A stretch of DNA of 64,000 nt from Epiperipatus broadwayi (Eukaryota > Animalia > Onychophora): the NCBI GenBank assembly GCA_028023455.1, contig JAQFVV010000007.1, positions 9,362,001 through 9,426,000 on the forward strand, in the 5' to 3' direction. The position numbers were made by a program, and so were the translations under genes. The notes beneath the pieces are model-generated. The model had not been told where the DNA came from. It searched no databases and was given only the letters and a program-made list of their open reading frames with translations. Below, piece by piece: positions 23,951 to 37,507 of the stretch; the stretch's first letter is position 1, and every line of letters starts with the position of its first letter.

Positions 23951-24842
23951 TCAGCAATAATATCAATATTATTAAATGCATGCACCAGTGGTAGCCAATG
24001 AAATTTTCAAACAGGAGTTTTTATTACCCTATTACTGACAAAAAGTAAGCACGAACAACAAAACAGAGCATTTCTCATTTTACAACCGCACAACCATTTT
24101 ATTTTTCCATATCAATCATTGCTAAAAGAACTAATGTATTATTTTTACCAACTGCAATTTGACAAATGATAATATCTAGATGGAGTGTGATCTTTACTTT
24201 TTATTTCAATTTTTTCATGTATCAATTTGAAAAATATAATTTTTTTTTATATATTCAACACTAGTATCCATCATGATATATACTTAAAATATTATTTCTT
24301 TTATTGTTTTGTTATATTTTTTTCTGTAATAAATGCTTATATATTAATTACAAGAAAAAAACAATATTTTACTGCTAGTCCTAAATGAAAACAATACAAA
24401 TTAATTCACTCTGAAGAAAACCCGGAATAAATAAAGATACCACACTCACATAACAATTGATACTGCAGTGGTAAGCATCTCCATCTAGTTATGTGCATTG
24501 ATAAAAGCAAATGAATTTCAGTGGAATTTGCTCAAATCGGCCATATAAAATTCTGCCACTGCCATAGTTAGTAGCTCTTTGAATATATCTTAAGCATCAC
24601 TTTAAAAATTATTTTTAAAAATGCTTTAATTAGTTGTATTTACATAATAATTATGCAAAATATTGAATGATTATTATATTATTTATATTTTCATGCACAA
24701 ATTTAATAATTAATTTTCTCTGACATTGCCATAGTGCCGCTGTGCTTATGGACCAACCACAACTGGTTCGATTTCCGTGCCTTATGGACCAACCATTACT
24801 GGCATATTCAGTATGTTATTTCTACTAACTGTTGTTTTTGAC

Positions 24843-25015
24843 AGAATAGTCTAATTGATTAGAGGCTCAAAATTTACTATTCATGAGTCCCAAGTCACTG
24901 GTTCGATTCCCGTGCTAGTATTATCAGTCATTGGTCAACCCAACCATCCCCAAAGAAGAGAGGAGAATAAAGCTACTTGAAATGGTGCATTATATACTAT
25001 CCTGTGTGCTTTTAT
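24843..25015 (+). mobile_element. tRNA-headed SINE family E
   Basis: A-box-like TAGTCTAATTGATTAG, B-box GGTTCGATTCCC at ~24900 and body GTGCTAGTATTATC..CATTGGTCA matching 1148-1345. Confidence 0.65.
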
Positions 25016-26789
25016 TAATAGATGAGTATATTTGAAAAGTTTTTTTAAATGTTTGAATTTTTCTAAAAACATTTAATAATTACAATTAAAACTAGATGAT
25101 CAAAATAGTCCAATATATATTAGAATTTTATCAACACACACATTCAAGCAATATACTCAGTATATTTACAAAAAAAAAAAGTAAAAATTGTTTGTTTCAA
25201 TAAAACATTACACTGCCTGCTCTATAAAGGGTTAAAGTAAATCTATATTCTCCCTTAAGCTATCCATTGTTGAAAAAAAAAGTTTAGATGCTAACACGCA
25301 TTTTTTCTCCCTAAATAATAAATATATCATTAGAATAGTTGAGATATAGATTTTAAAAATAAAAAAAAATGAAGGAATTCAAATTTCAAAATAAAATTGG
25401 TCAAATGAGATGTGAGAAGAAGTGGTAAGTCCAACATTTTAAAAACTACTTTTTATTTTCAATAAAACATGATTTATGAGTAATATTCCTCCGAACCTTC
25501 TTTATTACACGTGAAAAATCATCTTTTCGTTTTTATAAAGAAACATTCGAAAAAATGTAGTAGTTCTAAAAATCCATAATTCTGTAATCTTTTGCATACA
25601 GGTCAAAAAAATAACAGATTTATTAACTAATTTGGAAAAAAATGAAAAGAAACTTTTTCTTTCCACGTCTCTTTTTGTAAAATATGGCAATACATCGACG
25701 TTTCTCTCCTGTCAATATCTAAGAAATTAAAAAAAATATTAAAGTAACTTCACTTAGCATTAAGTACTTACACATAATATATATCTTTGCATTTATGATT
25801 ATTGAATTCATACAGTCGTATATAGAATACTATTTATTTATATGAATATTAAGATAAATAATCAACGGGTTTTGTTATTCAGGAATTATATCCGAGTGAT
25901 GGAAATGCGCAACTGGAATCGATCTAAGGTCCTTAAATATTCTATCTCTAAATATAGACAGCAGATTTTTAATGCTATTTAGATATAAGCTATAAAGTAT
26001 ACAAAAATAAATTCAATTGAGAATAAGCATTCAGACAAATGAAATATTATGTCTAACCCTAACCCTTTTCTAAAACCATATACACATGCACATATAATCA
26101 ATGGACACCACATGATAATATCAATATACCTCTAAACTAATTTGCCTCTTGACCTTCCATCAGTGAAGTGCACTGGAATGCACATATCCTTTCAGCTTTG
26201 TGCTATAACGACTTAATAGTTCAAAGACTTTAAGATTTGAATCCAGTTCAATTAACATATCTAATTATAAAATAATGATCTAGAATTATAGCTAAAACTA
26301 ATCTGGGAATCTCAATGTTTTCATTTGGTTCCTATTTGCAATTTTCGCTTACATAAATAGTTTTATGTGAAATGGATTGCTATTTAGACAAAAGCTTAGA
26401 GATTCATAAGTTTCAATGTATGTGAAATAATGGGGAAAACAATTATATTTATAAAAATTAAATCAATACTTCATTTAATATACTACATGCGTAGATTTAG
26501 AGAAAATAATGATCTCAATTTCTCAATAATAAGCTTTTGATTGTTTGTGGAATTTGAGTATTAATAATACTATGTGTGTGTATTATTAACTATTCAAGGC
26601 AAATGGGTTCGCATTAACTATGTATATCTCTTATCACAAATTAAACAAACCATACATAAATATGAATACCAATAATCAGAAGAGAAAAAACTAGCATTTC
26701 TTAGAATAAAAATAGTGAAATTCTTAGAAGGAAAAATAAGATGCATTTCCATGAAAAACAAAGCTCCTTAGAAAATTTTAGAATTTTGT

Positions 26790-26990
26790 AGTCCTGCATG
26801 AATTGCTAACTCCAGGAGATTATGATTCAGTGAATTTCTACTGATGACAATCAAGTGTTATCACTTTATAGTGGTACCTTATTGCCTAGACATATCAATC
26901 TTCCCTGAGACTAATCCATATTTAATGAAAAGATTTGGTGGGTAGTTCCTTTTGCATAAATATAGGTAAACTTATGTTAACATGGTTAGC
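26790..26990 (+). mobile_element. Possible Tc1/mariner transposase relic
   Basis: Short frame LHELLTPGDYDSVNF and a later ETNPY resemble mariner-type motifs (ELLPGDY..R..F and ENPH). Very decayed. Confidence 0.3.
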
Positions 26991-29764
26991 AAATGGAACA
27001 CGTATGTTCACTCTTTCCAAAAATTTGATTGCAAATCTACAATTGCAATCTAGGCACAAAACACTACTTAATCTAAATAGGATCATTGTGGAAATATATA
27101 ATTAAACTTCTATTAGGAGACAGTCAATCTATAGCGAACTGGTAAAAAAACAAAAAACAAAGTGAGAATCAAACCAAAGATGAACAAAACTTTAAGAAAG
27201 CAACTCTAGTGCACACACCCTAATAATTCATAAGGCAATAGAATCATTTTAACAACCTTGTGAATAATGTCTGCTATCAATCTACTTTATTAGCAAGTCG
27301 ATACATTTGTACATTGGAGTTAATTTTCTCATAAAAATGATATTGTATTCTTAGTGATACATATGAAACAGTCATTATTTATTCATGGAGTTATTTAAAT
27401 GTGTATAATATATACATAAATGCTACATTCATACAATATTAACAAGCTTTCACATATACTTGTCATTAATATGGCTAGGCCTATGTATGTTACTGAAGTA
27501 TTGCATATAATGTTTTATGTAAATTTTATTAGTGATTATTTCTTCATAAAGTGAATTTAATTTGTTTGATGTTAAATATTCACATGTGAAGCACCTTACA
27601 TTATAAGCAGAGCACATATTATTTGTTAATATAGTTAGGGTCGTTATAATTTCTTTCAATTAAAATTTAGTACATAGTCACAAAAAATTCGTTTTAAGAT
27701 ATTCGGTAAATGTATATTGATAACAAGGTACAAATGGTTTTGTTATATTTAAGTGATTTCTAAGATGATTACTATTTGCCAAAAAATTAAATTTTGTAAG
27801 AAAAAGCATATTATGAAAAAACATAAAAACAGCAACACATTAGTGATCTTATGTTATAATTATGGCAGGTGCATTTAACTATTTCTACGACTCTAAAATT
27901 TAAATACATTATGCATAATGATTTTTATTATGATAATGCTACTTGCATGTTTTGTGTATTTATAGCTCTGAGTATTGGCTATTTTAAAAATTGTTAAATA
28001 AAATAAAGTACGGCAGTGCACTGTGTTGTGGGCATAAAAAAATGCGATGTTATTTTTATATATATTATTATAAAATTATTCCTGTATCTTGACTGTTTTA
28101 GATACTTTTATAAATTTTTTATATCTATTAGCTCATTTTACTTGTAAATTCGTTAATAAATATAAAAACTTAAGCAAAATTATTCTCATGGACTACTGCT
28201 CAATTTTACATGCTATTCCTATTTTAAAAAAACATTCAATGAAATGGTGTATGGTTCTCTTCCAAGAATTTCATGCAGCACCATCTCTGAATATACACAT
28301 GCACTACGTAAATGTAATTTAGCTATTCACACATAAATTTAAAGCATTAGCATGCTTAGATGATAAATAGTGTCATGAAATATGAGTGCATTTTGTACCT
28401 TCTCATGTAATCTTCAATGTTGTCTTTTCTATCAGAAAATCTTGCAAACCACTTGGAAAACATTTCTACAACTCATAGCTTCACTGCCAATAAGTAAAGT
28501 AAATCATTTCAAACATTTTGATAACACGTTTATCCAATTTAAACTTGAATTTAAATTTAGCTTATTATTCCAAAATGGGTTAAGGTAAGAATTTACATCA
28601 TAAATAATGCTGTACACAGATGATCACATGTTAGTACCTAAAAGCTTTTGGGATGAAGAGCTAAACTACAATCCTGCATAACACATGCAATGAGCTTGGA
28701 AAGAGAATCAGTCACCTTTTACGTGTAGTGCATATATAAACATTGATAAAACATTCTTTAATTAGCAATACAAGATTATGGAAACTTAATATTGTACTTA
28801 AAATACCAATTTTATTAATAATACATTTATAATACCTTTCCTGCCAACATTTTATATGAAAAATGATCCATATTTACACTTGAATATCAAACTTCCATAC
28901 ATACTTTTTTTTCAAAACCTAACTAATTCTCATTATCGAATAATAAAAAATAAATACATATTCCTGTTATTTGATCTGTGTAAAAAACAATGTTTTAAAA
29001 AACATCAATTGACTAATAAATTATACTCACCTCCAGGCAATAAATAAATAGCACTCGATATGATTAGCAACAATCTAGAATAGAATGGATTCATCTATTC
29101 TTTAAGCTTTTGGTGTTTATAAGATTACATTTGCTTTACATACATATTAAGCTATGCTAACAAGATTATTAAAAATGACACCATTATCTCCACCCTTGTA
29201 TAATTAATTATAATTTTAAAAATTATTAATGCTATATTTTTATCGGTTTTTATATTAAGTTCATTCCAAATTTCCAATTATGTTGGCAGGGGTAAGCTTA
29301 CAGACATCAAAAGCTTAAAGAATGATCCATTCTAGCCTGAGAGAGAGTGATTTGCTCATCTTAATTACATGTAAATTGCATGTGTACATATATTTTTTAA
29401 TAACCAACGTAAAAGATATGTTTATAAACAATTGATTTTTAAAAAAAATGTAATTTCTGATTTATTAATTACTGACAATACACTTTAGAACTTGTTTTTC
29501 ATATATTTTTCAGATCTTTAAGAATGACTATGTGTAAATCATTGATGGTCAACCTATGGTACATTTAACAAACATGGTGCATTGTGGGACTAAATTCAGT
29601 GCATTGGACCTTACTAGAACTCGGAAAAAAAAAATTATAACAAAAATTCAGTTAAGTCAAACTAAAAAAAAAAAAAAAGAAATTCATTCTATAAATACAT
29701 ATTTGATAGGAAGTTCATAAAATTTTTAACTTTCATTTTGTAAATGATATTCTTACATAACAAA

Positions 29765-29998
29765 TTATGCAATTTATCTATCTTACTTTGAACACTTTTT
29801 AACAAAAAAATTTTTTATTGTATATGTGATCTCATTTTTTGACTGTCCTATAGTGTTCTTCAGAACCATTCTTATTTTATTTTAAGAAATTAAAATAAGA
29901 ATGGCTCTGAAGAAGACTGCAGGACAGTCGAAACGTATGCATGTATGTACAATAAAAGGTTTTGCTAAAAAGTGCTCAAAGTAGAGTGGATAAATTGC
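29765..29998. mobile_element. HHR-like repeat family C, ~230-bp palindrome
   Basis: Near-perfect fold-back centred at ~29883. Plus core CTGAAGA-A-GACTG CAGGA CAGTC-GAAAC at 29907-29934, with a decayed mirror core at ~29840-29863. Confidence 0.8.
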
Positions 29999-31554
29999 AT
30001 TTGTATAAGATATCACAGCAAATAAAAGAAATGATGGACTTGGTAATAGCAAGTTATGCTTGTTAACTATTATAAGTTTGGCTTTTTTTCAACCATCATT
30101 TTAATCCATAAACTGATATTAAAACAAAAACAAAATGAGATACAGACTGACTTTTTTAAATTCAGAAATACCTTGTTGTTCTTATTAACAAACTGAACTC
30201 CAAATCACTGAAAATTCGTTGAGAGTAAAACAGACCCCAAAGTCTCATTAAAGTAAACAATATTTAAACTTTAATGTTTTTTCCATAATAAATTATGTTA
30301 CTACAAAAATATTCAAAATATTATTTATCTATATTAATATATTTTACACAAAAATAAAATAGCAGTATAAATGTATGATACATCTGAACTCATGGGTTTA
30401 AATATTGGCACATGAATTATAAAACGATCACTCCTGGTGTAGATAATAAATATATCAGAAATGTAATGTCTATTTTTACTGATTCAATAATTAAAAGAAA
30501 TCAACTTCTGAAAAGAAACATGTGTGAAATATGGACATTTTTTATTCAAATAAATATATAAAAATAATATTTAAGTATGAAGGAGAATTTATTTAAATGA
30601 TAGTGAGTAACATATATTAGAAATAAACTGCTTTATCAGAATTCATATGTTCAGCATTTATTATTTTAAAAATATATATCATATTTATCAATGATAAGAA
30701 TAAATACTCTATAATACTGCAGTATTCTAAGACATATTTATCACTAATAATATATAAACCAAATAAAATGCAAAATTTATTTCATTTCATAACTTTTATA
30801 TTACAATAAAACACTGATAGCATTAAATTCACTTTGCAATTTATTTTTGATAGTGAGAATTTTCATTCAAGACAATTAGCATATTCAAAAAAGCAAAAAA
30901 TTAAAGTACAAAATTATGCAGTTAAATTTACATGTTCCAAAGTTGAATTTTATTTTCTGTTCATTACCAAGTCTTGTGTCATTAAAGAACTTTGCCCCTT
31001 TAATTAAACTCAATAGTTGACAGGAAATCTAATAATATTCAGCTGCATGTATTTTGAAATGGGCACTTAGATATATAATTTCATTTTTTCATTACATTGT
31101 TGTTATTGTTGTTGTTTTAATATAAAGATTGCACAACATTGTATATATTAAATTTACATATAATATTACCAATGTTTTACATGTAGCAAGTGGTATTAAC
31201 TTTCATTTATTACCTTTCATTGATGGAGTTTCTGTAGTCTTTTAATAAATTATCAATTACTCAATGGCTAATCAGTTTTACTTTTCCATAGTTACAAATT
31301 TAGTTTCAAATCTAATATTTATAATATATGGCATCAAAAATTTCATCACTCATACAGTAGGCTAATTGATTAACTTTAATATAACTATACTTAAATACAA
31401 AAAAATATTGATAGTCTGAATAAAAATGTAAACAAGTACCATAACTTAATGTAAAGCTTTAAAAAAAAACCTAGTTTTAAAGTTAAATTAGAACCTGATA
31501 ATGCAACTGATCAAAAATAAGGCTAATAAGAAGTTGAATTATAATTGTTAATAT

Positions 31555-31728
31555 TAAACCATTAAACATCACATGATCACTGTTTCCTATGCTAGCACAT
31601 AACTGTTATTAAAACAGGCAAAACTCTCCATACAGTAGTGCCACTCAGTGCCAACCATCTTCTGGCATCCATTGATTACTCTGGTCGGCATTGAGTGGCA
31701 CTACTGTATGCAGAGTTTTGCCTGTTTT
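31555..31728. mobile_element. HHR family A minimal hairpin derivative (no ribozyme core), 12-bp TSD
   Basis: Arms AAAACAGGCAAAACTCTCCATACAGTAGTGCCACTCAGTGCC and its near-complement. AATTGTTAATAT at 31543-31554 and 31729-31740. Confidence 0.9.
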
Positions 31729-32358
31729 AATTGTTAATATATTTTTGGTTCCACTTCTCTAAAGATTAGATAGCAACTGAAATATGCAGATAAATTTGTT
31801 TTTATTTTTAAACTCTCTAATAACTTAATCTCATATATATATATATTCTCATGTAAAATTAAAATTAGAATTTTAAAAATGAGACTAGTAAAGTGACTTT
31901 AATATTTCAATCTTTAAAATAAATATATATATATGTAAATATTTAATGTCTCCATTTATAATTACTTAATTATAAAGATCTTACTAGAACAACAGCCAAT
32001 GAAAGCCAACTGCCTCAAATCAAGAATTAAAGTAAAACTGTCAGATAAATGGAATTCAAAAGTAGGATCCCCTTGACCTGAGGAAATTGGCTATCATTGC
32101 TAGATAAAACACTTTCTAATTAAATAATTATAAGTGGATAAATCCACACATTAAATATTTACATCTAAACTTCCGTTATATATTATAATTTTATATATAT
32201 AATTCCCACATAAATAATACAATAATTAAAACAGTAAACAACATTTTAAAAAAATATCAATTATAATTTAAATAGAAGTACTTTCAACTATCAACTGTAT
32301 TCAAATTCTATTACAAAAACCGTTATAAATGTATACAAAAAAACAATTACGTCATAAA

Positions 32359-32691
32359 TCAATTTTCCCACAATTCATTAATTTTTATATTAGCAGCTGG
32401 TCTATTTATTAAATGCTGCTTTCCATATTTTATTAACATAGCTTCTCTAATTTTAAGTTTATTGTGATTTCTTTCATTACATATAATCTTAGCTTTATTA
32501 AAATCAAAATCAAAACAATTATTACATGTAACATTATGATCAAAAAATATTGAAGATGATACATCATCATTTTTAACATTTGCTTGTCTTGATTTTTGTA
32601 CTCGTTTATACAACAATAAATGCTCCTTTGATCTCTTCTCCAAAGTACACTGAGATTCAACTATATATGCTTTACACAAACACAAATCCAT
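32359..32691 (-). pseudogene. PLE GIY-YIG endonuclease remnant
   Basis: CLCKAYIVESQCTLEKRSKEH...FDFNKAKIICNERNHNKLKIREAMLIK matches the PLE pattern C-x-C-x2-YIGET-x3-L-x2-R-x2-EH and the downstream E-x2-(L/H)-I motif. Confidence 0.8.
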
Positions 32692-32863
32692 TTATATATC
32701 ACACAACTTTGATTTAAAATAATACACCTATTTTTTGAATTATTTATCAATCTATTTAAATTTGGAATAGTATAAAATGCAACTTTACATATATTTTTAT
32801 AAATTTGTTTTATAAATTTCATTTGTTCATTACAAATAAATGGTATTGATATCCAAATATATT

Positions 32864-33130
32864 TTATTTAACAATATATTTAGCATTTAAAATCTTATAA
32901 TTTTTATTAAAATTACTAACAATATTATAAATGAATTTATGATTATATCCAATACTTAATAAGTCCATGGTAAATACATTTACATTACTTATTTTATCAG
33001 AATTATATTTACACAATTTATCATTTCTAAATAAAAATAATTTTAAACCTGATAATTTATGTACCATTGGCATATTTGAAGTCCAAGGAATATATCCTCT
33101 TTTTTTTTTTCCAATATCTTTTATTACCAT
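32864..33130 (-). pseudogene. PLE reverse-transcriptase C-terminal (thumb) remnant
   Basis: YIPWTSNMPMVHKLSGLKLFLFRNDKLC resembles the PLE motif Y-x4-S-x-HP-x3-K-x9-R-x3-C and lies directly upstream of the GIY-YIG frame. Confidence 0.7.
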
Positions 33131-33396
33131 ACAATAATCTAATTTATTTTAATTACAAGTAACTTAAAGATCCAAATATTGAATTGACATTTTTTCTTCA
33201 AGATTTACTCCATTTTAAACCTTCTAAATCATTTAATTCATCAAATAACAAATTTATAACACCTAAATTACCACAAACAAAAACATCATCCACATACCTA
33301 TAATATATTTTAATACTGGTAATATATATTATTATCCAGAATGATATCCTCATATCTTGATATTACAAAGCTACATATTTGTAAAACTACTGATCC

Positions 33397-33622
33397 AAGA
33401 CAACCGAATGTTAAAAATGATGACGTATCACCTTCAGTATTTTTTTATCATAATATTACATGTGATTTTGATTTTGATTTTAATAAACTTAAGATTATAT
33501 GTAATGAAAGAAATCACAATAAATGTAAAATTAGAGAAACTATGTTAATAAAATATGGAAAGCAGCATTTAATAAATAGACAAACTGCTAATATAAAAAT
33601 TAATGAATTGTGGGAAAACTGA
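33397..33622 (+). pseudogene. Inverted duplicate of the PLE ORF 3' end
   Basis: Translation NVKNDDVSPSVFF...LINRQTANIKINELWEN is nearly identical to the end of the 32359-32691 frame. Confidence 0.85.
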
Positions 33623-35617
33623 TTTATGACGTAATTGCTTTTGCATACATTTATAACGGTTTTTTTATAATAGAATTTGAATATAGTTGATAATGACTAC
33701 TTAGATAGTTGAAAGTATTTCTATTAAATTATAGTTGATATTTTTTTTTTATTTTTGTTTATTGTATTAATTATTGTATTGTTTTCATGGAATTATATAT
33801 ATTCCATTATAATTGGAATACAGATATTGATTTATAAGTTACATAATTTTATATTTAATACAAGTATAATATATATACTTAACCTAGATATAATTAAAGG
33901 GGATTTGAACTCAGATTATTTGCAATGTTAAGAATACTTTCCTAATATAATATATGTGTAAACATGCCACATCTAATGAAATTTAATGTATGTTACACAA
34001 AAGATATTCATAACATATACAGTTAGGACCTCATTTCATTAATTTTTTAATCAAACAGTGAAGTTACTGCTTTAACTAGTTGATTTCATTCCAGTGACTC
34101 CAAACCTTTTTGACTTATATGATCTACTCGTCATAGCCATTATATAATATACATTACATGTCCGTTGTAAATTTATCTAAACAAAATTAAAATAGTTTTG
34201 AATTGTTAAGTATAGCCAATGACAACTAATCAAATGTATCTTTTTCCAATATGTCAGAAACTAGAAAAATAAAAAGATACAATACATTTATAGAAATTAA
34301 ATAGTTTTCAATTACCTATTTAAACCGCCAAACACTTTTTAAATAACGTTATAAGACGATAGTTACTGATTTCACAGCCCTTGGAATATCTTAGAAAAAT
34401 TTATAGCTCACAAATCAACAACTTAAAAATGTTTTATTCCCTATATATTATACATACGAAAAATTTTGAATCATATATATAAATCTTCAAAACCAAAACT
34501 TAACTCAATTATTCTTGTGGACAGAATTAAAAGTATTTTGAGTAATAAATTGCACTGTAACATAAAAAAAAAAACAACTATGAATTAATAAAATCAAACC
34601 AAGATTGAGAAATACATATGTATGCATCCATAAAAATGATAAAATCTTATATTTTCCGGCTAGCCATTCTATCTATATATGTAGTCACTGCAAATTTTTC
34701 CAATAATAAAGTTAGGATAATTTTTTCATTTTAATGGAAATATTGTACAGCACAAATATTATTTTGTAATTTTTTTTATCATATCTAAAAGCAAAAAATG
34801 TTCAGTCATAATGCTTTCCTTTGAAGTCAGAGTTTTGTAAAAACAGAAAAATATTTTCTATTACTACATTTAAAACTTTTTTTTTCTCCCAGAAATATAA
34901 AACTCATGGTTTTCAATATTAAGTTCGTAACCTGCAAGATATTTTCTGAGCAAAGCACAAAAGTGCGTTTAGTGTATTTACGTGCGTGTGTGGGTGAATG
35001 AATCCCTTCAAAATGATGAGAACGAATTTTAAAACAATACAAAAATAAAAGGTGCCTTTTGAAAGTGTTTATGTATACTATATAAATGCGCACAGACAAT
35101 CATAATTTCGATTTTTCCTTGCATTTTTATTTTTTTTTTCATTTATGGCGACATTATTTTCAAAATAGCCATTACAATTAATTAACAACAATTACGACAA
35201 ATATCACTCTTTATTTTTACGAGTGAACGCGCGCTGTAAATCAAAATATTTTTAAGTTTTAAATGTTTTTTTTTCCAACCAAAATGTTTTTTTTTCAACA
35301 AGTAGAATTTTTTTTTTTTGTAAACAAATACAAAATAGAAAAAAAACACAATTTTTGCGTAAGGTAAAAATATATTTTAATAATTTTTCAAGCTATTCTT
35401 TAATTAATTTAATTTCCAAATTGAGTTAAACATCAAAACAACTCAAATGCTTTAATAGTAAATCCGAAGTTCTAATAAGCCTCGACTTGAAAGGAAGCAA
35501 GATGGCTGTGTCTATAAAGCGACTTTTCAAAGGCATTTTAAAAGTATATATTAAAGTCCCAAGCGGAGAAAAATGATTTTGACTAATTTTTTATTTTATA
35601 GAAAATTAAATTCTTAC

Positions 35618-35845
35618 CTCACATTGGCTGACGGTTGAGTGCTTTTCGCCAACATTTTGGTTCATTTGATCTTCAGATAAGTGAATCGTCCCATTGAAGC
35701 ACGCGCCGTCCGGCAATCCTTCCCGAGTTAACTCCGACTTCGGCATTTGATTCATGCTCAACTGAGTCGAACATTTTTCTTTTACATCCATTGTTACTCT
35801 TTCGACACGCTCCTCGTGGCTAAATTTATTTTTCATCAGGAACAT
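35618..35845 (-). CDS. Putative first coding exon of an unidentified host gene (76 codons, phase 0)
   Basis: Open frame MFLMKNKFSHEERVERVTMDVKEKC...HSTVSQCE, GC- and CpG-rich against background, with strong donor GAG|GTAAGA at 35617. No homology recognised. Confidence 0.55.
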
Positions 35846-35919
35846 AATCCTAGCGATTTCCAATAAAACAATTCCCGTAAAATTAATCCCAATATTTTCA
35901 ATGAGTTTTGAAACAGCAG

Positions 35920-35965
35920 TCGCAGGCCGCCATCGCTGCTAGGTTAGCTTATTTTTGACGTCAGT
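35920..35965 (-). promoter_or_regulatory. CpG-rich promoter-like region with YY1-like and CRE motifs
   Basis: GCCGCCAT (ATGGCGGC on minus) at 35926-35933 and palindromic TGACGTCA at 35956-35963, inside a CpG-retaining zone of ~34.9-37.6 kb. Confidence 0.5.
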
Positions 35966-37507
35966 TCCTTTAAAGGTAAAAGGTCATTAATTGTAGCGAG
36001 TACTTGTAACAAAAATATTAGTTAACTAATGTAAAAGTACTCCAAAAAACTGAAAGGAAATTAATTTGATGGCTTTATAATAGAGTTAAACAAATAAATA
36101 CCGTGTAAAAATTAACATATTCGCTTTCACTACTTGAAAATTTTCATTTCCTTAATTTTATTGTTACCTTGGAGTTAGTCATTAAAAGGTTCTATTTTTA
36201 CACGTGATGACACGCAGATCACAGGGTTACTCCAAGGAATCGAAGCAGGTGTAGATGACTGCGTATTGTTTAAGACCTCTAATATTATTGTAAATTTCAG
36301 TTCTTTATACTGCTGAGTAGACGAACATTTTTAATCCACAACTTCCTTTTGCAATCCTCATATTCGATTCTTGTTAGCGGTTTACTGGTGTTGTTTCTGC
36401 ATTTAAAAATAATTATACTTGTTTATATTTTAGGGCGGTTTAAGTTTCTAGCATTGTCGTTCTTTCCACCTTTATATTTTACACATAATTGCTGTGTCAA
36501 TTTTTGTCTAATTGCTTTAATTAGTAAAATAATTCAAAAATGATCTTTTCCTCCCCGTTAATAAAATTACAAGTTATATTTAGAAATTGAAAAATTAAAT
36601 TATTTAGCTAATTACGGATAAATAATGAGACCCTTTTACCCTTTCAGTTTATCTACAAATAAAGGTTGTTTTAAAAAAAGCCGTTAATGCGATAAAATTG
36701 CCTAGAGAAATATTGCCGTAAGCTAAAAAAAAGTAGGGAAATAATTTTCCCATAAGCTTCCGGGGAGTCCTTCGGTTGTAGGTCTTAGTGAAATCTTTAC
36801 TTTCCGTGATACAAATATTTATTTTAACTGACTGGTTTAAAATTATCTGCGCTATTTCTTTTTCAGTAACAAAAAAAAAAAAATTAAATGCAATTAATAT
36901 CGAGGAATACTGAATTTCTAAAATAGTATTTTTTTTTTACGCAAAAAATAAATTTACCTTTTGAAGTTGTTTCTATGTGAGTTTTTTCTTAAAATATTAC
37001 ATTAACATATATATAATAATTGGAAATTATAGTTGTTGATATTGAAAAGCTTCTTGGGAAAATGTACTTTATACTTGATCATCATCAACGGGCTGGTTCC
37101 ATAAAGGAGATGGTGAATCAATTCTTGCCTCAGACATGAAAATTGATAATCGATAATAACTTTTCACCTACATCAATAATAAAAAAAAGAATATAACATT
37201 TTAAGATATATAATAAAATAATGATTCTTTGCGTCCACTGTATACAAAATTATACGATTGCTTTAAAGAATTCATAGCTTAATAGTTAGTGCATTTATCT
37301 ACCAATATCATGACTCGGGTTTCGAATGCATGTCAATCTGTTTTTGTTTTTTTTTCACGTTGCCAGCCTAACTAGCAATCTAATTTTATTCATTGATAAA
37401 TGGGTATCTAAATATCCTTAGCTAGAATGTAAAACAAGGATAAAAACATAAATATTTTCCACCAGACATTTGATTCGGTTCATATATATTATCTTTTTCT
37501 TTATATA

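Larger units (their letters stand above)
32190..33803 (-). mobile_element. Penelope-like element relic with an inverted (tail-out) duplication of its 3' ~400 bp
   Basis: Minus-strand RT-thumb-like and GIY-YIG-like frames. 32190-32592 is the reverse complement of ~33397-33803. Confidence 0.85.

Noticed and set aside
28340-28690. Shared decayed repeat with 61270-61560, and purine-skewed tracts at 21030-21290, 45040-45640 and 58440-58700, as LINE fragments
   Set aside because: Probably old LINE remnants, but diagnostic motifs could not be read reliably enough to annotate.
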